A stretch of 64,000 nucleotides of DNA, from positions 137,084,001 through 137,148,000 of the forward strand of contig NW_024704742.1 in NCBI RefSeq assembly GCF_018977255.1. The letters are read 5' to 3'. The notes below the pieces were generated by a model. The model searched no databases, was not told the DNA's origin, and saw nothing but the letters and a program-made list of their open reading frames with translations. Made by a program: the position numbers and the translations under genes. The DNA comes from Callorhinchus milii (Eukaryota). Shown piece after piece: positions 37,244-48,954 of this stretch (the stretch's first letter is position 1; each line of letters opens with the position of its first letter).

Positions 37244-37880
37244 CACAAATATTGCTTGGACCTGAGTTGGTGGGGTTTGGGGGTGACAGCTGGGGGTGGG
37301 GGGGGGGGTGGTGGGGAGGTGGTGGTTGAGCAAGATGGAGCAGAACGGTAATGAATTCAGTCTGAACTCAGAAGACAGTTTCTTTTCCAGTTTCTTTTAC
37401 GACAGAGAAAAACACTGCGTCCAATTTCCTGTGGATTGGTGAGTTTCCAACAGATCTGCGCTTTGTGGAATTGTGATTGGAAAAGGTCCCGCGGGCCGAG
37501 ACCGGGTGGAATTTGGAGCCCGAAGCTGACACTTAATGTTTCACGGCCCATTACAGCAAGAGGGCCTGGAGGAGACGTGGGAAGCATTGATTGAGGGGCA
37601 AAACACAGCAAAGGGCAGAGTGATTGAGTTCGGGCCATATTGTCTCACAATCGCTGCACTGAAACATAGGGTTTGAGCACAGACTGTGTTCACACAGAGC
37701 AGCCAGTGTGAAGATCTCTCTCTCTCTCTCTCTGAGAGACCATGGAATATATTAGTCTGGGTATATAACTCACCCAACCCAATCCAGCCACTGGCCATGG
37801 AGAGAGAGAGACAGAGAGAGACAGAGAGAGAGAGAGGCTGGTTCCTCCGCTCTCAAACACACAAAAAATCTGCAATAACC

Positions 37881-38145
37881 TGGAGTCCTGTAGCTCAGTG
37901 GTTAGGCCACTTGCCTCGCAAGCAAGAGGACCCGGGTTCGATAACCCCTCCAAAAAATAATAATAATTTGGTCACTCAATCCGTGACTGTTTGTGGGACG
38001 CTGCTGTGCGCAATTGGCTGCTGCGTTTCACCCACAAAACATACAGTCAATTGACTTTACAGTATATCCTGTGAAGCGCTTTGAGACGTCTTGAAGATGT
38101 GATACAGCGCAATATCAAATGAAAAGGATTATTATTATTATTAAT
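37881..38145 (+). mobile_element. SINE family A (internal deletion)
   Basis: ggagtcctgtagctcagtggttagg..tail. Confidence 0.85.
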
Positions 38146-38299
38146 AAGGAACATCCGAGGCCAGACCACTTGCCAACCGCCTAACAACTGGGTTCCTACT
38201 TACTGCTTGTGGAGGCGTGTGGAGTAAGGAAACTTCCCTAGTAATAATGCTTGAATTTAGTATGGAGCTTATCTGGTTAGATTGCAGTAGTGCAAAACT

Positions 38300-38425
38300 A
38301 ACTAACTGACTAGAACCACATAACTTGCCAGTGATATCACTGTCTGGCAAGGTTTCCCACTGCTTGTTCAGCTAAGACCACACTACCTTGACTTGCAGGG
38401 TTAACAGGAGCTGAGGGGAAGACGT
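38300..38425 (-). repeat. Family U repeat fragment
   Basis: cttgccagtgatatcactgtctggcaagg..gcagggttaacaggagctgag matches 43155-43260. Confidence 0.75.
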
Positions 38426-38597
38426 TACAGTCACACAGTTTAGCAACAAGTCTCAAGCGCAAAGAATTCAACCGAATCGATGCTCTCGATTTGTGCAGTT
38501 AATTGGCTACTGCATAATAAATGAGTCCGGGCTGTGTTCGGTGTCACACCAGCTGTACCTGATGATATTAAAGCGGTGAGCGTGAAACAAGGCAATG

Positions 38598-38928
38598 TAC
38601 CAGTGCAATGCTGGGGGAAGCGTTGCATTGTCAGAGGTGCCGTCCTCCAGATGAGATGTTAAACCCAGGTCCCGTCTGCCTGTTCAGGTGGATGTTAAAC
38701 GGCGCTGTTCAAAAAGAGAAGGGAGTTTTTATCTCCCAGTGTCCTGGCCGACAATCCCCCAAATGAATAAAATTGGTCACGCTCTCCACGGATGTTTGTG
38801 GGACATTGCTACCTGAAAAAATTTTCACCCACAAAATACACAGTCAATCCGCTTTGCAGTATACGCGCTTTGAGACGTCTCAATGACATGATAAGGCGCA
38901 ATAGCAAATGCAAGGATTATTATTGTTA
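38598..38928 (+). mobile_element. SINE family B, 5'-truncated
   Basis: gcattgtcagaggtgccgtcctccagatgagatgttaaacccaggtcccgtctgcctgttcaggtgg. Confidence 0.85.
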
Positions 38929-38956
38929 TTCTCTCTCATCTTCTCTCTCTGTCTCA

Positions 38957-38993
<37 letters not shown>

Positions 38994-39029
38994 CGCTCAG
39001 TGAAATCTGAATTACAAAGAAAGCTGTAT

Positions 39030-39255
39030 AATAATAATAATAATCCCTTCAAAAAACCAAAAACAATAATTAAATTGGTCATTTTCAATCTACGACTGTT
39101 TGTGGGACACTGCTGTGCGCAATTGGCTGCCGCATTCGCCCACAAATATACAGTCAATTCACTTTACAGTGTGTTCTGTGAAGCGCTTTGGGACGTCCTC
39201 CTGACGTGAAAAGCGCTATATCAAATGCAAGGATTATTATTATTATTATTATTAT
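39030..39255 (+). mobile_element. Young SINE A subfamily, 5'-truncated
   Basis: ggtcattttcaatctacgactg..gggacgtcctcctgacgtgaaaagcgctatatc(ATT)n. Confidence 0.88.
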
Positions 39256-39516
39256 AAAGCTAATTAACCCTTAATGGAAATCTTGATCTCAGTATTTTTA
39301 TTATTATTATTGTTTATTAACTGAACTGAAATCTATTTTGGTGCGAAAAAAAACAATCGAATCATTCGTTAAAGGGGAAATGACTGGTTAGGGGCCAGGC
39401 TGATGTGGCTGTAATTTCGTCCTAATCTCGAATGATTAATTAGCGGAGTATTTAATTACTGCATTAGAGTTCAAAGCTTCTCAAGTGGCACTCCATCTAG
39501 CTCATTGCCGGATCTA

Positions 39517-39547
<31 letters not shown>

Positions 39548-41344
39548 TCACGCACACTCCCCCCAGTTTGCTCGCTCTATCGCTGATGTTTTTAATTAGT
39601 GAAAAATCTGTCAATGATCTGCTTATCAGCGGGGAAAACTAAAACATTTTATGGATCATTAGATATCGAGTGATGTTACTTGTTATAAGGAGTCCTTTCA
39701 CCCGTAATGGAGGCTGTGACACACAGGAGCTGCAACTGTGTGTGTGATAGACAGACAGACAGACAGACAGAGAGAGAGACACACACACTTTTCTTTGCAT
39801 AGAGATAAAGAGAGAGACACACACACAGGCAGAGATACAGAGACACACACACACACAGAGGCAGAGACAGACAGACACACACACACACACAATGAGGCAG
39901 AGAGAGACAGAGACACATACACACAGAGGCAGAGAGAGAGAGACACACACACACACACACACACACAGAGACAGAGAGAGAGAGTCAGACAGCCAGAAGC
40001 AGAGAGAGAGACACACAGACTCAGCTCCTGTGTGTGTGGATAGAGCGAGAGTGAGGAGTGAAGAGTGAGCGAGCTCAATGAGGAGAAGATTTGAGATAAT
40101 TAGCCGCGAGTTACGAATTGCTGAGTTTTCCCCGAGTTGGGATGGGTTGGGGCGTGAGGCGGGCGATATTCCAGGATGGGAGAAAGTGGGCGAATATTCC
40201 AGAAAGTGGGAGAAAGGGATGAGATCAAATGAGCTGAAGGACTTCTTCATGCGAAAGTCTCCTGTGATCTTGCGAAGCTATAAATAAATCACCGTGAGGC
40301 CCGTCTCTGCCAACACTGCTTGGCTCCTCAATCCTCTCACGTCCCACACAAACCTGCACAGGCTGTTAGAAAATAATAATAATAATAATCCTTGCATTTG
40401 GTACAGCGCTTTTCATGTTCAGAGGACATCCCAAAGCGCTTCGCAGGCCTTTACAACGAAGTGTAGTGACTGTGTGTTCTGTGGGCGAAGAATGGCACCT
40501 CCGACAACGCAAACACACCCCCCAATGATGCATTGGAACGTCATCTCAGCCCATGTGATTCTAAGTCCTGACGTGGGGGCTTAAACCCACAACCTTCCCG
40601 AGGTGAGAACCCTACCAAACTGAGCCAGGCTGACACTCAATGTGGCTGGAGAATTTGCCCAGACATCCCCAAAGGGATAGGGATAAGGATAGTGATAGCC
40701 TCTGTCGTCTGGTTAGAGACAAACGCACGGGTTGACTGGAATGCTGGCAATGTGTGTGTGTGCGCGCGTGTGAGTGAGGGAGTGAGCGCTTGTTTGAGTT
40801 TCTTTTATAGAGAGGGATAAATCACACAGGGAAGGGTGCATGTGTGTGTGTGTAAAAGATTTCCGTCCTATTCCTGTTGGTTAAGTGCTTTTAAATTGGA
40901 CTTGCAACTCTGCAATAATATTAATGGAGCCCAGAGCTGGCTAAACCCAGCACTTGACTGGGCCCAAGTATCTTGATCCCGGGGATAAAAGGGAATGATT
41001 AAAAACTTAAATGTATTTGCTCCTGGATTTGTTTTCTGTGTGTGTTCGTTGGTTGTTTAGTAAAAAGTTCAGATGGAGAATTAAATGTAAGCTTCAAGTT
41101 TCCTTTCCGTGCGCATGAATTAAGGATTAGTGCTGTGTGGGTTATTAGGATATCTGGGTGTGTTATTTTTATTTGGTAAACTCCTTGAAACTCATGCGGA
41201 GTTTACTCCTTAACTTGTTTTAGGCGGCATCCAGTAGTTAGAGCGTTCGCCTCGCAAGCGAGAGGACCCGGGTTCGATTCCCGGGCAGAATGAAACCAAT
41301 CACTCAATGTGCTGTTGCACACATAATGTCTTCCTGGAGTCATT

Positions 41345-41665
41345 ATAATAATAATAATAATAATCCTTGCATTTGATACAGCGCTTTTCACGTCGGGAGT
41401 ACGTCCCAAAGCGCTTCACAGAACACACTGTAAAGTGAATTGACTGTATATTTGTGGGCGAACGCGGCAGCCAATTGCGCACAGCAATGTCCCACAAACA
41501 GTCGTAGATTGAAAATGACCAATTTATTATTGTTTTTGGTTTTGGAGGGATTATTATCAGGCGTGTGTCGTAAGGAAACTTGCCCAAGGTTTCGTTCTGT
41601 GCCAAGAATTGAACTCAGGTCTCTCACTTGCAAAGCGAGTGATCTAACCACTGAGTTACAGGACA
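41345..41665 (-). mobile_element. Young SINE A subfamily
   Basis: Short-body variant with the cttttcacgtcggg tail. Confidence 0.9.
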
Positions 41666-42884
41666 ATTATTATATAATTGCAACCTACTGACCCAGAGGC
41701 AAAACCACGAGCAACAGAACCAGTTTGAAACCTTATAATAATAATAATAACAATAATCCTAGCATTTGATATAGCGCCTTATTGCATCTTCGAGACGTCT
41801 CAAAGCGCTTCACAGGACATAGTGTGAAGTGTGATGGCTGTGTATTTTGTGGGCATTTGACTGAGTGCGTTGAAACGATCGAAAGTGGAAGGATTTGAGC
41901 CGCCGCCTTGTTGTGGGGTGAATTCGGTGTCAGGTTGATGGCTAGTCTCGCTCTCTCTCTCTCTCTCTCTCGCTCTCTCTCAGCGCGGTGACATTGGGAG
42001 TGAGGAATGGCTGAGTCTGTGCTGACGTGATAAATCAGCTTCACCTCACCTCTTGCAGTACCTAATGACTTCATGCCTGACCAAAGTTATTGACGCTGTC
42101 TGTCATTGTTACCAGGGTTCCACCGGGAGAGAGGGCTCAGCTCACTCGCTCGCTCGCTCGCTCACTCGCTACGTCTCGCTCACAATAATCATCATAATAA
42201 TCCTTTCATTTGATATACAGTTGAGCCTCACACAAGCCATCTCAGTTGGGACCATACATTTAATATGATTTATGCACAATTCTACAAGTTGTGTCAAACC
42301 TGCTTAGAATATACGTTCTTGAACGGGACTTGGGTGATCGTACGATTTAGACAGATCAGACTTAGGCGAGTTTAACTATAGCGGCTTATCACGTCTTCGA
42401 GATGTCACGAAGCACTGGACAGAATATACTGTAAAGTGTAGTGACTTTGTATTTTGTGGGCAAAATGACCATCCTATCGAAGTCCCACAAACAGCCACGA
42501 AGTAGGTGACTGATCATTATAACTCCAGCTTGACATAGTGTCATCGAGACGTTTCAAAGGAGATTTTAGTGACTGTGTGTTTAATAGGCTGTTTAATATT
42601 TAATGACTGCAGCGCTTTGAGACGTCTCAACAACGTGATAAGGCACTATATCAAATGCAAGGATTATTATTATTATTATTATGATTATTATTATTTTCCT
42701 CTTCAATCCCCATAAAGGTCTCCTTTTTCCACAGAACGTTCAATATCCCAGAAAGGTCACAGATAATAGTGAGGGGAAGAACTCCAGTCATTTGAATCCT
42801 TGATCAGACAGAAAGTGGATGAGAGAGAGAGAAAGACAGCGAGAGAGAGAGAGAGAGAAAGAGTCAGAGAATTATAGACACAAT

Positions 42885-43300
42885 TTTTTTTGAGTCAGCT
42901 GGGTGTCTAGCACCCGCGGAAACCCATCACCGTTGCTCTCCAAACCAAACCTGAGAATTCCCTGCCTCCCACCTACACATGGAAATCCCAGAGAGAAATA
43001 GTTGGAATGGAATGCGCTCTCTCCCTGGATGGACACATCCTGTTTACCTAATTCCGTAAAGTATTAGGCGCAGGTTGGCAGGAGCCAAGGCTTGGGGGAC
43101 CCCAGAGTGTGTGTTGGGGTAACTGCTGGAGTCTAACCAGCTAAAAACGCATAGCTTGCCATTGATATCGCTGTCTGGCAAGTTTTCCCGCTGCTTGTCC
43201 AGCGAGGACCACCCTAGCTGTTAGGGCTTTGGTTTGCGGGGTTAACAGCAACTGAGTGGGAGGATTCTCTGTCCCCGGTGACTGGTCTGCACTTCCAATG
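42885..43300 (-). repeat. Family U repeat, near full length (~420 bp)
   Basis: Reverse complement aligns along its length to 57630-58042. Confidence 0.88.
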
Positions 43301-43439
43301 GGCTGGGCTGTGCTGGAAGACTGAGGACCCGCCTGGCTCAGGAACCAGACTAGAGACCGTCTGAAAGTCTGGCTCGATTCCCACATTCCACTGCCAAACA
43401 TGTCACCTTGGAGCCAACTCAGCTCCGAGCAGAGCCAGC

Positions 43440-43915
43440 TTAGAGAAACGAGAGCAAAAGAGGGACAGATAGAGAGTGAGAAAGAGATGAAGAGACACAG
43501 AGAGCGTGATAGAGATAGGGAGAGTGATAGAGATAGAGAGTGTCAGACAGAGATAGTGGGAAAGAGAGAAACCAAGAGAAGATGAGACAGCGATGCACAG
43601 CGAGACTGAGATGCACAGAGAGAAACAGAGAGATAATTAGAGAAAGAGACAGAGCAATGGGGATAGAGACACAGACAGTGAGACAGACATAGAGAGAGAC
43701 AGACATAGAGACAGATAGAGAGAAAGAGACAACAGAGAGAAACAGATAGACAGAGCAAGGGAGGGAGGGAGAGACAAATACAGAGAGAGACAGAAAGAGA
43801 GAGACAGACAGAGACAGAGATAAACAGAGAGAGAGACAGAGACAGAGAGAGGGAGACATACAGACTGACGGAGAGACAGAGACAAACACAAAGCGAGAGA
43901 GAGAGAGAGAGAGAG
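43440..43915. repeat. GA-rich degenerate microsatellite
   Basis: (GA/GACA)n. Confidence 0.9.
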
Positions 43916-44207
43916 GCTCTCTCGCTGTGTAGCACAGAATGGTTGATGAGGCGAGCGATATCCAAGTGGCTAACCAGGCAGAGCTGTCATCAGGGATATC
44001 GACTGACAAGCCCAGTGTAAGTGAAACATGTTATTCTCATCGACTCCCAAATGACTGCTCTCTGGTACCACACAGCCAGCCAGTCAAGAGACTAATAGCT
44101 CAGAGACTGCCCAATCCCCTCCCCATCTCAGCCTCAAACAAAATCAGCGGAAAAAAAATCTAACGCAGAATTCGGAGAAAAAGAAATTCAGATGTAACTT
44201 AGCCTCG

Positions 44208-44475
44208 GGAGGCCCGTAGTGTATGGTTAGCCCCCGCGCCTCGCAAGCGAGTGGACCCGGGTTCGATTCCCGGGCTGGGAGCAAAGCCTTACCCCACGTT
44301 TCTTTACTCCACACTCCTCGGTTTACCCAGCAGTAAGTAGGACTCCGGTTGTTAGGCAATTGGCTGCCATGTTTCACCCACAAATTACACTCACAGTATA
44401 TTCTGTGAAGCGCCTTGAGACGTCTCAAGGACGTAATAAGGCGCTGTATCAAATGCAAGGATTCATCTTATTATA
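44208..44475 (+). mobile_element. SINE family A
   Basis: ggcccgtagtgtatggttagcccccgcgcctcgcaagcgag..gggttcgattcccggg. Confidence 0.85.
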
Positions 44476-45019
44476 ATAATGGTGGAGCAGCCTCGAGGGG
44501 CTGAATGGCCTCCTCCAGTTCCTATTTTCCTGTCTGCCAGGCGCCCGCCTGCCCATAGCCTGTGTGACGCTCACAACTTGTGAGAGTGTGAGTGTACAAT
44601 TCAGCTCACCACAAACACACTCGCCTTGGCTCTTATCTGTCTGTCTTTCAGTCGGGTAATGCAGACACCAGCTTCTAAGGCACCAGAGGCCAGCGCGGAA
44701 TTATTAAATAAAGACTGACGCCCGATAATATTTGATATATTGATTGTTTTGTTCGCTCGGCACCATTAAAGCTGCATTAAAACCCTTTAACCCTTTCTGC
44801 TGTGGGTTCCCGAAAAATTCCTCCCGCATCAGCCCAGCTCAGCGGATAGCGCTCTCGCCTGTGTGTGTGTGTCGGGAGGTTGTGGGTTTGAGCTCACACA
44901 CCTCCTACGCTGCTCACAACCTCTCAAAAGGAGAAGAGAGAGTCTCTCTCTCCCGATGTCCTGGCCGACAATCATCCAGATAAATTGCGCATAAATACAG
45001 TCACTACAATAATGTAGAG

Positions 45020-45352
45020 GAGTCTTGAGGAGCTCAGTGGTTAGAGCACTTGCTTTGCAAGTGAGAGACCTGAGTTCAATTCCAGGCAGAGGGCGAAACC
45101 TTGGGCAAGTTTCCTTACTCCACACAGAGCCTAATAATAATCCCTCCAAAACCAAAACAATAATAAATTGGTCATTTTCAATCCAAGACTGTTTGTGGAA
45201 CATTGCTGTGCGCAATTGGCTGCCGCGTTCGCCCACAAATATACAGTGAATTCACTTTACAGTGTGTTCTGTGAAGCGCTTTGGGACGTTCTCCCGACGT
45301 GAAAAGCGCTATATCAAATACAAGGATTATTATTATTAATTATTATTATTAT
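45020..45352 (+). mobile_element. Young SINE A subfamily
   Basis: Inverted partner of 45966-46290. Confidence 0.92.
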
Positions 45353-45854
45353 AACCAAACGTGGGCTAGCGTCTCGCAGGGCGTAACGATGGTGGAGCCT
45401 GACTCCGAGCCGGGGTTGGGGTGAGCGGGAGAAGTGTAAGCGCGGTCAAAGAGGAAGATCTTCTGGTGCAATCTGAAGACGGGAAAGGAGGGGGCAAGGC
45501 GGAGGGATTGAGGCAGAGAGTTCCAGAGTTTCGGGGCGTAGCCTTATTATTGTTACTACACAATAATGGCTCACCCCTCGCGAAGAAAGTGACCGTAGAC
45601 GCGATCCAAAAGGTAGGTTAACAAGACATAAAGGTAGGGCTAAAGGCAGAGTTAAAAAGGAACAGAGTTTCAATATATTCTGTACGTGAGAACAGGAGCA
45701 TTTAATGTGTCCTTCACAACACTGGGCGAACAATTGTTCATCTGCCAAAACCTTTGCTCTGAGCCGGACATCACTAAAGCTGTATTGATTTTGACTGACA
45801 TTGGAATCTATCAATGTGAACAGCTCGTTGTCAGGTCTCTTCCCCCACTCCGCA

Positions 45855-45888
<34 letters not shown>

Positions 45889-45965
45889 CGTCCTCTCCTC
45901 TTATCTTCCAAAACAATACGAGGAAATCAATGTGGTGTTGCACGCATAATGTCTTCCTGGAGTCA

Positions 45966-46290
45966 TTATAATAATAATAATAATCCTTGCATTTGATATA
46001 GCGCTTTTCACGTCGGGAGGACGTCCCAAAGCGCTTCACAGAACACACTGTAAAGTGAATTGACTGTATATTTGTGGGTGAACGCGGCAGTCAATTGCGC
46101 ACAGCAATGTCCCACAAACAGTCTTGGATTGAAAATGACCAATTTTATTATTGTTTTGTTTTGGAGGGATTATTATTAGGCTCTGTGTGGAGTAAGGAAA
46201 CTTGCCCAAGGTTTCGCCCTCTGTCTGGAATTGAACCCCAGGTGTCTCGCTTGCAAAGCGAGTGCTCTAACCACTGAGCTACAGGACTCC
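45966..46290 (-). mobile_element. Young SINE A subfamily
   Basis: Shares ccacacagagcctaataataatccc and tccaagactg with the 45020 copy. Confidence 0.92.
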
Positions 46291-47454
46291 ACAATATTAT
46301 ATTAATAATAATCATCTTTGCATTTGATATAGCGCCTTATCACTTCTTTGAGACTTCTCAAAGCACTTCGCAGAATATACTGTAAAGTGAAGTGACTGTA
46401 TATTTTGTGGGCAAAACGGGGAACTGAACTCAGGTCCTCTCGCTTTCGAGGCGAGAGCTCTAACCATTAACCTACAGAACTCCAATCACGTCATTCCGTG
46501 TCTTGTTCTGCTCTGTGGGGGAGAAGATACCAGCTCAGGCTTAATGGGCTGAATGGCTTCTTGCTAATGTTGTAATCATTCAAAAGGTTCAGTATTGATA
46601 ATAATATTTAATAATATTTTTTCATGGCGTCTCATAGTGTAGTATTTAGTGTTCTCATGTCGCAAGCGAGAGGACCTGGGTTTGATTCTCAACGACGTTA
46701 TTATATTATAGTATATTGTCTCATCTGAAGGACGGCACCTTCAACAATGCAATTACAAACCACGCTGTTAGGTTAAAGACCGACGTGGGGGCTCAAACCC
46801 ACAATTGCCTGGCTCGTGAGGGGTGAGAGCGCTACCACTGAGCCACGCTGACCCCTTGCCTTCAGCGAGCTTCCCAAACATCGGCGTTAACAGTGAAACA
46901 GAGCTGTGAAGAGACCCGGTGAACTCCCCCTCTCCCACTCCCCACCCCCCACCAAAACACATACCTCCCTGCCTCCTAAAATCAATTTCAATCAGGATCG
47001 AGGGTGATATTACCAAATGTCAACGTCTCCAGCCTCGCGCTTTCAAAATTATTTCTGACAGCCAACGGTTGACTTAATTAAGTGCCCAAAGAGTCAAAAT
47101 ATCTGAATCTACGCTCTTTTTCTGTGCTTGGCAGGCATATTGACAGCCAGAGATGATTGCCTACAGGCTATTATTGATAGACTGGGCCGGCTATTGAAAC
47201 AATCCCCACACAGATAAATCACATCTAGATTCGCTTGTAATTGAGGAAGATTGATTGGCTTGTGGGAACGTGGTCTACAGGGGGAAAGGGTCTGAATCCT
47301 CAAAGGTGGCGGTGAGGGGACAAGAGAGAAAGAAGTGAGGGGGGTTTGTCCTGAGATGATGCCTCAGAACCACACGCACACACACACACACACACCTCAC
47401 CTCCTACCCTCCTCCTTCTCCTCCTCACCCCTCACCTCCCTTCAAATAATAAAA

Positions 47455-47770
47455 CCAATAATCCTTGCATTCGATACAGTGCCCTATCACGTCGCTGAGA
47501 CGTCTCAAGGCGCTTCACAGATGAAACTGTAAAGCGAATTGACTGTGTATTTTGTGGGCGAAACGTGGCAGCCAATTGCGCACAGCAGCGTCCCGCAAAC
47601 AGTCGTGGTTTGAAGTGACCGATTTATTATTATTTTGGTTTTTTTCTTGAGGGATTATTATTATTAGGCGTGTGGAGTAAGGAAACTTGCCCAAGGTTTC
47701 GCCCTGCCGGGAGTCGAACCCGGATCTCTCGCTTGTGAGGCGAGTGCTCTAGCCGCTGAGCTACAGGTCT
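47455..47770 (-). mobile_element. SINE family A, short-body variant with older-type tail
   Basis: gggattattattattaggcgtgtggagtaagg junction. Confidence 0.85.
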
Positions 47771-47837
47771 CCGCTCGGTTGCTGCATCCACCTGCAAAAC
47801 ACACAGTCACTGCACTTTACAGTAAACTGAGTGAGCC

Positions 47838-48495
47838 GATCACCCTCGTCCTGGCCCGGCTTCTCTGGCTCACCATCTCCCAGAGTTTAAAAGCCTCTTC
47901 CTCACCTGTAAAGCCCTCCACGGTAAAGTCATCCCTACCCTTACCACCCTGCCTGTTCCCTCCGCTTGCAGGCACTGGCCTTTTACACATTCCCCCCCCC
48001 ACCCCTTGCCCACTCCATCATCAGCCTCTCTATCCCCACCTTCTGGAACTCCATTCCAGAGCCACGCTCACCCCCTCCCTTACCCATGGCCCATCTCAAG
48101 ATCTTCCTCGTCGACTGTGTCCTTGGTCATCTTCCATCCTCCACCCCCTATTGATCTGCACCCTTTTCTGACCCCAGCGCTCAGCCCCCAGCGCCCAGCC
48201 CCCAGCGCCCAGCCCCCAGCGCCCAGCCCCAGCGCCCAGCGCCAGCCCCAGCGCCCAGCCCCCAGCGCCCAGCCCCCAGCGCCCAGCCCCCAGCGCCCAG
48301 CGCCCAGCGCCCAGGCCCCAGCGCCCAGCCCCCAGCGCCCAGCCCCCAGCGCCCAGCGCCCAGCCCCCAGCGCCCAGCCCCAGCGCCCAGCCCCCAGCCC
48401 CCAGCTCAGGTGCAAACCCCTCATTGTCCAGTGCCTTGGAATGTCCTCCAGATGCGAAGGGCACTGTGTAAATGATGCAATTTGCAGTTGTTGTA
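47838..48495 (+). mobile_element. L2 LINE 3' fragment containing a 7-bp minisatellite
   Basis: ITLVLARLLWLTISQS..PTFWNSIP..HLKIFL; tail gtccagtgccttggaatgtcctcc. Confidence 0.75.
48172..48405. repeat. (CCCAGCG/CCCAGCC)n minisatellite
   Basis: Directly visible. Confidence 0.95.
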
Positions 48496-48954
48496 AATCC
48501 TGCAAAAGTTTCTGAGACATTTCAGTGACATGATGAGGCGATTGTATCAAGTGTAAGGATTATTATTATATTCCTTGATTTCAAGGATCGATCCAAGTTT
48601 CATTTAAAAAAGGAATCTATGCATTTGATAGCAAAGCACAGGGAAAGTGAGTGGAAATATAATAATAATAATAATCCTTGCATTTGATATGGGGCCTCAC
48701 CACGTCTTCTAGTTAGGACTGAAAGGATGGCTCCTTAAGAAGACAGACACAATGGACCAAATGGCCATTATCCGCAGTGTAAATCAATAGTCCCATGGAT
48801 TGGGGCAGAGATTTTTACTTTGAACCATGAAAATATTATTTTGAGTGAGAGGGGAATAGAGAGGTGTAGGAGAGGGGTATAGCGGGGTTTAGGAGAGGGG
48901 AATAGAGGGATGTGGGAGAGGGGAATAGAGGGGTGTGGGAATAGCGAGGTTAGG

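Noticed and set aside
43970..44020. SCHQGYRL, similar to a sushi/CCP motif
   Set aside because: The frame stops immediately afterwards and the other conserved Cys/Trp residues are absent.
45686..45949. ORF containing DIGIYQC, similar to the Ig-domain DxGxYxC motif
   Set aside because: No correctly spaced first Cys/Trp, no good splice sites, and it runs into a CT tract; probably chance.
48006..48550. Pro/Ala/Gln-rich or Gly/Trp-rich ORFs
   Set aside because: Translations of the 7-bp minisatellite inside an L2 3'UTR.
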